A stretch of DNA of 64,000 bases. It comes from Paragordius varius (Eukaryota > Animalia > Nematomorpha). The notes below the pieces were generated by a model, which saw nothing but the letters and a program-made list of their open reading frames with translations, did not search any database and was not told the DNA's origin. Below are positions 1 through 9,325 of this stretch, piece by piece; the first letter of the stretch is position 1, and the number at the start of each line of letters is the position of its first letter. Location: NCBI GenBank assembly GCA_964247055.1, contig OZ176056.1:310001-374000 (forward strand). The letters are read 5' to 3'. The translations under genes and the position numbers were made by a program.

Positions 1-1
1 C

Positions 2-94
2 ATATCCGATTTTTACAACGATACTTTAAAAATTATGGTATTAAACCAGTCGCATCAATACTCAAGTTAAACTTTGTCCTTAAAAATCGGATAT
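2..94. repeat. Perfect 14-bp inverted repeat inside each monomer (arms 2-15 and 81-94)
   Basis: atatccgattttta (2-15) is the exact reverse complement of taaaaatcggatat (81-94). It is present in most monomers. Confidence 0.95.
64..74. repeat. 11-bp odd-length palindrome aagtt-a-aactt (once per monomer)
   Basis: The arms aagtt and aactt are exact reverse complements around one central base. Confidence 0.85.
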
Positions 95-111
95 TGGTCA
101 CCGGTGAACAA
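94..111. repeat. 18-bp quasi-palindrome with a perfect 10-bp core (tcaccggtga; contains AgeI/SgrAI sites and overlaps a BstEII site)
   Basis: ttggtcaccggtgaacaa is self-complementary except for one mismatch, and its core at 98-107 is perfect. It is the most GC-rich part of the monomer. Confidence 0.95.
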
Positions 112-334
112 AATTATTTTTTATACATTCTCTTAGTAGGACTACATCAAAATATAGAGATAGTTTGGCAAACTGTTACATATCCGATTTTTACAACGAT
201 ACTTTAAAAATTAATGTATAAAACTAGTCGCATCAATACTCAAGTTAAACTTTGTCCTGAAAAATCGAATATTGGTCACCGGTGAACAAAATTAGTTTTT
301 ATACATTCTCTTAGCAAGACTACATCAAAATATA

Positions 335-357
335 GAGATAGTTTGACAAACTCTTTC
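335..357. repeat. 23-bp quasi-palindrome gagatagtttg-a-caaactctttc (perfect 13-bp core agtttg-N-caaact; once per monomer)
   Basis: The 11-bp arms have two mismatches in the consensus, and the central base is polymorphic a/g across the array. Confidence 0.9.
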
Positions 358-664
358 ATATCCGATTTTTACAACGATACTTTAAAAATTATGGTATTAA
401 ACCAGTCGCATCAATACTCAAGTTAAACTTTGTCCTTAAAAATCGGATATTGGTCACCGGTGAACAAAATTATTTTTTATACATTCTCTTAGCAAGACTA
501 CATCAAAATATAGAGATAGTTTGACAAACTCTTTCATATCCGATTTTTACAACGATACTTTAAAAATTATGGTATTAAACCAGTCGCATCAATACTCAAG
601 TTAAACTTTGTCCTTAAAAATCGGATATTGGTCACCGGTGAACAAAATTATTTTTTATACATTC

Positions 665-675
665 TCTTAGTAAGA
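665..675. repeat. 11-bp odd-length palindrome tctta-g-taaga (once per monomer)
   Basis: The arms tctta and taaga are exact reverse complements. The motif sits at monomer positions 131-141. Confidence 0.85.
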
Positions 676-890
676 CTACATCAAAATATAGAAATAGTTT
701 GACAAACTCTTTCATATCCGATTTTTACAACGATACTTTAAAAATTATGGTATTAAACCAGTCGCATCAATACTCATGTTAAACTTTGTCCTTAAAAATC
801 GGATATTGGTCACAGGTGAACAAAACTATTTTTTATACATTCTCTTAGTAAGACTACATCAAACTATAGAGATAATTTGACAAACTCTTT

Positions 891-1081
891 CATATCCGAT
901 TTTTACAACGATACTTTAAAAATTAATGTATAAATCTAGTCGTATCAATAAATCGCATCAATACTCAAGTTAAACTTTGTCCTTAAAAATCGGATATTGG
1001 TCACCGGTGAACAAAATTATTTTTTATACATATTCTTAGTAGGACTACATCAAAATATAGAGATAGTTTGGCAAACTGTTA
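891..1081 (+). repeat. 191-bp monomer variant carrying a 13-bp internal tandem duplication
   Basis: agtcgtatcaata (938-950) is followed by aatcgcatcaata (951-963), 11/13 identical. Monomer start spacing is 1082-891 = 191. The variant recurs dozens of times through the window. Confidence 0.95.
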
Positions 1082-4000
1082 CATATCCGATTTTTACAAC
1101 GATACTTTAAAAATTAATGTATAAAACTAGTCGCATCAATACTCAAGTTAAACTTTGTCCTTAAAAAATCGAATATTGGTCACCGGTGAACAAAATTATT
1201 TTTTATACATTCTCTTAGCAAGACTACATCAAAATATAGAGATAGTTTGACAAACTCTTTCATATCCGATTTTTACAACGATACTTTAAAAATTATGGTA
1301 TTGAACCAGTCGCATCAATACTCAAGTTAAACTTTGTCCTTAAAAATCGGATATTGGTCACCGGTGAACAAAATTATTTTTTATACATTCTCTTAGTAAG
1401 ACTACATCAAAATATAGAAATAGTTTGACAAACTCTTTCATATCCGATTTTTACAACGATACTTTAAAAATTATGGTATTAAACCAGTCGCATCAATACT
1501 CATGTTAAACTTTGTCCTTAAAAATCGGATATTGGTCACCGGTGAACAAAACTATTTTTTATACATTCTCTTAGTAAGACTACATCAAACTATAGAGATA
1601 ATTTGACAAACTCTTTCATATCCGATTTTTACAACGATACAAAAATTAATGTATAAAACTAGTCGTATCAATAAATCGCATCAATACTCAAGTTAAACTT
1701 TGTCCTTAAAAATCGGATATTGGTTACCGGTGAACAAAATTATTTTTTATACATTCTCTTAGTAGGACTACATCAAAATATAGAGATAGTTTGGCAAACT
1801 GTTACATATCCGATTTTTACAACGATACTTTAAAAATTAATGTATAAAACTAGTCGCATCAATACTCAAGTTAAACTTTGTCCTTAAAAATCGAATATTG
1901 GTCACCTGTGAACAAAATTATTTTTTATACATTCTCTTAGCAAGACTACATCAAAATATAGAGATAGTTTGACAAACTCTTTCATATCCGATTTTTACAA
2001 CGATACTTTAAAAATTATGATATTAAACCAGTCGCATCAATACTCAAGTTAAACTTTGTCCTTAAAAATCGGATATTGGTCATCGGTGAACAAAATTATT
2101 TTTTTTACATTCTCTTAGTAAGACCACATCAAAATATAGAAATAGTTTGACAAACTCTTTCATATCCGATTTTTACAACGATACTTTAAAAATTATGGTA
2201 ATAAACCAGTCGCATCAATACTCAAGTTAAACTTTGTCCTTAAAAATCGGATATTGGTCACCGGTGAACAAAATTATTTTTTATACATTCTCTTAGTAGG
2301 ACTACATCAAAATATAGAGATAGTTTGGCAAACTGTTACATATCCGATTTTTACAACGATACTTTAAAAATTAATGTATAAAACTAGTCGCATCAATACT
2401 CAAGTTAAACTTTGTCCTGAAAAATCGAATATTGGTCACCGGTGAACAAAATTAGTTTTTATACATTCTCTTAGCAAGACTACATCAAAATATAGAGATA
2501 GTTTGACAAACTCTTTCATATCCGATTTTTACAACGATACTTTAAAAATTATGGTATTAAACCAGTCGCATCAATACTCAAGTTAAACTTTGTCCTTAAA
2601 AATCGGATATTGGTCACCGGTGAACAAAATTATTTTTTTTACATTCTCTTAGTAAGACTACATCAAAATATAGAAATAGTTTGACAAACTCTTTCATATC
2701 CGATTTTTACAACGATACTTTAATAATTAATGTATTAAACCAGTCGCATCAATACTCAAGTTAAACTTTGTCCTTAAAAATCGGATATTGGTCACCGGTG
2801 AACAAAACTATTTTTTATACATTCTCTTAGTAAGACTACATCAAACTATAGAGATAATTTGACAAACTCTTTCATATCCGATTTTTACAACGATACTTTA
2901 AAAATTAATGTATAAATCTAGTCGTATCAATAAATCGCATCAATACTCAAGTTAAACTTTGTCCTTAAAAATCGGATATTGGTCACCGGTGAACAAAATT
3001 ATTTTTTATACATATTCTTAGTAGGACTACATCAAAATATAGAGATAGTTTGGCAAACTGTTACATATCCGATTTTTACAACGATACTTTAAAAATTAAT
3101 GTATAAAACTAGTCGCATCAATACTCAAGTTAAACTTTGTCCTTAAAAAATCGAATATTGGTCACCGGTGAACAAAATTATTTTTTATACATTCTCTTAG
3201 CAAGACTACATCAAAATATAGAGATAGTTTAACAAACTCTTTCATATCCGATTTTTACAACGATACTTTAAAAATTATGGTATTGAACCAGTCGCATCAA
3301 TACTCAAGTTAAACTTTGTCCTTAAAAATCGGATATTGGTCACCGGTGAACAAAATTATTTTTTATACATTCTCTTAGTAAGACTACATCAAAATATAGA
3401 AATAGTTTGACAAACTCTTTCATATCCGATTTTTACAACGATACTTTAAAAATTATGGTATTAAACCAGTCGCATCAATACTCATGTTAAACTTTGTCCT
3501 TAAAAATCGGATATTGGTCACCGGTGAACAAAACTATTTTTTATACATTCTCTTAGTAAGACTACATCAAACTATAGAGATAATTTGACAAACTCTTTCA
3601 TATCCGATTTTTACAACGATACTTTAAAAATTAATGTATAAAACTAGTCGTATCAATAAATCGCATCAATACTCAAGTTAAACTTTGTCCTTAAAAATCG
3701 GATATTGGTCACCGGTGAACAAAATTATTTTTTATACATTCTCTTAGTAGGACTACAACAAAATATAGAGATAGTTTGGCAAACTGTTACATATCTGATT
3801 TTTACAACGATACTTTAAAAATTAATGTATAAAACTAGTCGCATCAATACTCAAGTTAAACTTTGTCCTTAAAAATCGAATATTGGTCACCTGTGAACAA
3901 AATTATTTTTTATACATTCTCTTAGCAAGACTACATCAAAATATAGAGATAGTTTGACAAACTCTTTCATATCCGATTTTTACAACGATACTTTAAAAAT

Positions 4001-4218
4001 TAATGTATAAAACTAGTCGTATCAATAAATCGCATCAATACTCAAGTTAAACTTTGTCCTTAAAAATCGGATATTGGTCACCGGTGAACAAAATTATTTT
4101 ATATACATTCTCTTAGTAGGACTACATCAAAATATAGAGATAGTTTGGCAGACTCTTTCATATCCGATTTTTACAACGATACTTTAAAAATTAATATATA
4201 AAACTAGTCGCATCAATA

Positions 4219-6979
4219 CTCAAGTTAAACTTTGTCCTTAAAAATCGGATATTGATCACCGGTGAACAAAATTATTTTTTTTACATTCTCTTAGTAAAAC
4301 TACATCAAAATATAGAAATAGTTTGACAAACTCTTTCATATCCGATTTTTACAACGATACTTTAAAAATTAATGTATTAAACTAGTCGCATCAATACTCA
4401 AGTTAAACTTTGTCCTTAAAAATCGGATATTGGTCACCGGTGAACAAAATTATTTTTTATACATTCTCTTATCAAGACTACATCAAAATATAGAGATAGT
4501 TTGACAAACTCTTTCATATCCGATTTTTACAACGATACTTTAACAATTATGGTATTAAACCAGTCGCATTAATACTCAAGTTAAATTTTGTCCTTAAAAA
4601 TCGGATATTGGTCACCGGTGAACAAAACTATTTTTTATACATTCTCTTAGTAAGACTACATCAAAATATAGAGATAATTGGACAAACTCTTTCATATCCG
4701 ATTTTTACAGCGATACTTTAAAAATTATGCTATTAAACCAGTCGCATCAATACTCAAGTTAAACTTTGTCCTTAAAAATCGGATATTGGTCACCGGTGAA
4801 CAAAATTATTTTTTATACTCTTAGTAAGACTACATCAAAATATAGAGATAGTTTGGCAAACTCTTTCATATCCGATTTTTACAACGATACTTTAAAAATT
4901 AATGTATAAAACTAGTCGCAGCAATACTCAAGTTAAACTTTGTCCTTAAAAATCGAATATTACACCGGTGAACAAAATTATTTTTTTTACATTCTCTTAG
5001 TAAGACTACATCAAAATATAGAGATAGTTTGACAAACTCTTTCATATCCGATTTTTACAACGATACTTTAAAAATTAATGTGTTAAACTAGTCGCATCAA
5101 TACTCAATTTAAACTTTGTCCTTAAAACTCGGATATTGGTCACCGGTGAACAAAATTATTTTTTATACATTCTCTTAGTAAGACTACATGAAAATATAGA
5201 GATAGTTTGACAAACTCTTTCATATCCGATTTTTACAACGATACTTTTATAAAATTATGGTATTAACCCAGTCGAATCAATACTCAAGTTAAACTTTGTC
5301 CTTAAAAATCGGATATTGGTCACCGGTGAACAAAATTATTTTTTATACTCTTAGTAAGACTACATCAAAATATAGAGATAGTTTGACAAACTCTTTCATA
5401 TCCTATTTTTACAACGATACTTTAAAAATTAATGTATAAAACTAGTCGCATCAATACTCAAGCTAAACATTGTCCTTAAAAATCGGATATTGGTCACCGG
5501 TGAACAAAACTATTTTTTATACATTCTCTTAGTAAGACTACATCAAAATATAGAGATAGTTTGGCAAACTCTTTCATATCCGATTTTTACAACGATACTT
5601 TAAAAATTAATGTATAAAACTAGTCGCATCAATGCTCAAGTTAAACTTTGTCCTTAAAAATCGGATATTGATCACCGGTGAACAAAATTATTTTTTTTAC
5701 ATTCTCTTAGTAAAACTACATCAAAATATAGAAATAGTTTGACAAACTCTTTCATATCCGATTTTTACAACGATACTTTAAAAATTAATGTATTAAACTA
5801 GTCGCATCAATACTCAAGTTAAACTTTGTCCTTAAAAATCGGATATTGGTCACCGGTGAACAAAATTATTTTTTATACATTCTCTTATCAAGACTACATC
5901 AAAATATAGAGATAGTTTGACAAACTCTTTCATATCCGATTTTTACAACGATACTTTAACAATTATGGTATTAAACCAGTCGCATTAATACTCAAGTTAA
6001 ATTTTGTCCTTAAAAATCGGATATTGGTCACCGGTGAACAAAACTATTTTTTATACATTCTCTTAGTAAGACTACATCAAAATATAGAGATAATTGGACA
6101 AACTCTTTCATATCCGATTTTTACAGCGATACTTTAAAAATTATGCTATTAAACCAGTCGCATCAATACTCAAGTTAAACTTTGTCCTTAAAAATCGGAT
6201 ATTGGTCACCGGTGAACAAAATTATTTTTTATACTCTTAGTAAGACTACATCAAAATATAGAGATAGTTTGGCAAACTCTTTCATATCCGATTTTTACAA
6301 CGATACTTTAAAAATTAATGTATAAAACTAGTCGCAGCAATACTCAAGTTAAACTTTGTCCTTAAAAATCGAATATTACACCGGTGAACAAAATTATTTT
6401 TTTTACATTCTCTTAGTAAGACTACATCAAAATATAGAGATAGTTTGACAAACTCTTTCATATCCGATTTTTACAACGATACTTTAAAAATTAATGTGTT
6501 AAACTAGTCGCATCAATACTCAATTTAAACTTTGTCCTTAAAACTCGGATATTGGTCACCGGTGAACAAAATTATTTTTTATACATTCTCTTAGTAAGAC
6601 TACATGAAAATATAGAGATAGTTTGACAAACTCTTTCATATCCGATTTTTACAACGATACTTTTATAAAATTATGGTATTAACCCAGTCGAATCAATACT
6701 CAAGTTAAACTTTGTCCTTAAAAATCGGATATTGGTCACCGGTGAACAAAATTATTTTTTATACTCTTAGTAAGACTACATCAAAATATAGAGATAGTTT
6801 GACAAACTCTTTCATATCCTATTTTTACAACGATACTTTAAAAATTAATGTATAAAACTAGTCGCATCAATACTCAAGCTAAACATTGTCCTTAAAAATC
6901 GGATATTGGTCACCGGTGAACAAAACTATTTTTTATACATTCTCTTAGTAAGACTACATCAAAATATAGAGATAGTTTG
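4219..6979 (+). repeat. 8-monomer higher-order repeat, two tandem copies (period 1416 bp)
   Basis: attgatcacc at 4251/5667, the tacaccgg deletion at 4961/6377 and tttacagcg are shared. The copies diverge at 5564/6980. Confidence 0.88.
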
Positions 6980-7479
6980 ACAAACTCTTTCATATCCGAT
7001 TTTTACAACGATACTTTAATAATTAATGTATAAAACTAGTCGTATCAATAAATCGCATGAATACTCAAGTTAAACTTTGTCCTTAAAAATCGGATATTGG
7101 TCACCGGTGAACAAAATTATTTTATATACATTCTCTTAGTAGGACTACATCAAAATATAGAGATAGTTTGGCAAACTCTTTCATATCCGATTTTTACAAC
7201 GATACTTTAAAAATTAATGTATAAAACTAGTCGCATCAATACTCAAGTTAAACTTTGTCCTTAAAAATCGAATATTGGTCACCGGTGAACAAAATTATTT
7301 TTTATACATTCTCTTAGTAAGACTACATCAAAATATAGAGATAGTTTGACAAACTCTTTCATATCCTATTTTTACAACGATACTTTAAAAATTAATGTAT
7401 AAAACTAGTCGCATCAATACTCAAGCTAAACATTGTCCTTAAAAATCGGATATTGGTCACCGGTGAACAAAACTATTTT

Positions 7480-9325
7480 TTATACATTCTCTTAGTAGGA
7501 CTACATCAAAATATAGAGATAGTTTGGCAAACTCTTTCATATCCGATTTTTACAACGATACTTTAAAAATTAATGTATAAAACTAGTCGCATCAATACTC
7601 AAGTTAAACTTTGTCCTTAAAAATCGAATATTGGTCACCGGTGAACAAAATTATTTTTTATACATTCTCTTAGTAAGACTACATCAAAATATAGAGATAG
7701 TTTGGCAAACTCTTTCATATCCGATTTTTACAACGATACTTTAAAAATTAATGTATAAAACTAGTCGCATCAATGCTCAAGTTAAACTTTGTCCTTAAAA
7801 ATCGGACATTGGTCACCGGTGAACAAAATTTTTTTTTATACATTCTCTTAGTAAGACTACATCAAAATATAGAGATAGTTTGGCAAACTCTTTCATATCC
7901 GATTTTTACAACGATACTTTAAACATTAATGTATAAGTCGCATCAATGCTCAAGTTAAACTTTGTCCTTAAAAATCGCACATTGGTCACCGGTGAACAAA
8001 ATTATTTTTTATACATTCTCTTCGTAAGACTACATCAAAATATAGAAATAGTTTGACAAACTCTTTCATATCCGATTTTTACAACGATACTTTAAAAATT
8101 AATGTATTAAAAAAGTCGCATTAATACTCAAGTTAAACTTTGTCCTTAAAAATCGGATATTGGTCACCGGTGAACAAAATTATTTTTTATACATTCTCTT
8201 AGCAAGACTACATCAAAATATAGAGATAGTTTGACAAACTCTTTCATATCCGATTTTTACAACGATACTTTAAAAATTAATGTATAAAACTAGTCGTATC
8301 AATAAATCGCATCAATACTCAAGTTAAACTTTGTCCTTAAAAATCGGATATTGGTCACCGGTGAACAAAATTATTTTATATACATTCTCTTAGTAGGACT
8401 ACATCAAAATATAGAGATAGTTTGGCAAACTCTTTCATATCCGATTTTTACAACGATACTTTAAAAATTAATGTATAAAACTAGTCGCATCAATACTCAA
8501 GTTAAACTTTGTCCTTAAAAATCGAATATTGGTCACCGGTGAACAAAATTATTTTTTATACATTCTCTTAGTAAGACTACATCAAAATATAGAGATAGTT
8601 TGGCAAACTCTTTCATATCCGATTTTTACAACGATACTTTAAAAATTAATGTATAAAACTAGTCGCATCAATGCTCAAGTTAAACTTTGTCCTTAAAAAT
8701 CGGACATTGGTCACCGGTGAACAAAATTTTTTTTTATACATTCTCTTAGTAAGACTACATCAAAATATAGAGATAGTTTGGCAAACTCTTTCATATCCGA
8801 TTTTTACAACGATACTTTAAACATTAATGTATAAGTCGCATCAATGCTCAAGTTAAACTTTGTCCTTAAAAATCGGACATTGGTCACCGGTGAACAAAAT
8901 TATTTTTTATACATTCTCTTCGTAAGACTACATCAAAATATAGAAATAGTTTGACAAACTCTTTCATATCCGATTTTTACAACGATACTTTAAAAATTAA
9001 TGTATTAAAAAAGTCGCATTAATACTCAAGTTAAACTTTGTCCTTAAAAATCGGATATTGGTCACCGGTGAACAAAATTATTTTTTATACATTCTCTTAG
9101 CAAGACTACATCAAAATATAGAGATAGTTTGACAAACTCTTTCATATCCGATTTTTACAACGATACTTTAAAAATTAATGTATAAAACTAGTCGTATCAA
9201 TAAATCGCATCAATACTCAAGTTAAACTTTGTCCTTAAAAATCGGATATTGGTCACCGGTGAACAAAATTATTTTATATACATTCTCTTAGTAGGACTAC
9301 ATCAAAATATAGAGATAGTTTGGCA
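7480..9325 (+). repeat. 5-monomer higher-order repeat, two tandem copies (period 898 bp)
   Basis: The aaacattaatgtataagtcg deletion monomer is at 7921 and 8819. The copies diverge at 8428/9326. Confidence 0.88.

Larger units (their letters stand above)
1..178 (+). repeat. Representative 178-bp monomer
   Basis: The next copy starts at 179 and the one after at 357. Consensus approx. catatccgatttttacaacgatactttaaaaattaatgtataaaactagtcgcatcaatactcaagttaaactttgtccttaaaaatcggatattggtcaccggtgaacaaaattattttttatacattctcttagtaagactacatcaaaatatagagatagtttgacaaactcttt. Confidence 0.97.
1..3975 (+). repeat. Tandem duplication of a 12-monomer block (offset 2160 bp, then 1982 bp after loss of one monomer)
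   Basis: The private variant gtcctgaaaa lies in the lines starting 241 and 2401. aactgttaca occurs at 171/2331 and 1074/3056. Confidence 0.85.

Noticed and set aside
5-21. CENP-B-box-like motif on the minus strand (tcgttgtaaaaatcgga)
   Set aside because: It resembles TTCGTTGGAAACGGGA superficially, but has 10 nt rather than 7 between TCG and CGG and lacks the required TTCG and CGGG ends.
2-94. Intact MITE or other mobile element bounded by the 14-bp inverted repeats
   Set aside because: There is no target-site duplication, no dispersed copy or flanking unique DNA in the window, and no transposase. It is kept only as an origin hypothesis in the findings.
98-122. Rho-independent terminator-like hairpin followed by a T run; also -10-like tata motifs
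   Set aside because: There is no gene context, the palindrome has no loop, and such motifs are expected in 72% AT tandem DNA.
1-178. Identity with Arabidopsis CEN178/CEN180 or human alpha satellite, based on monomer length
   Set aside because: Only the length is similar. I recognise no shared sequence, and the GC content is lower.
10-178. 10-bp phased A/T tracts (intrinsic curvature)
   Set aside because: Tracts at about 10, 25, 42, 69, 81, 110, 117, 149 and 164 are not convincingly in 10.5-bp phase by eye; a curvature calculation would be needed.
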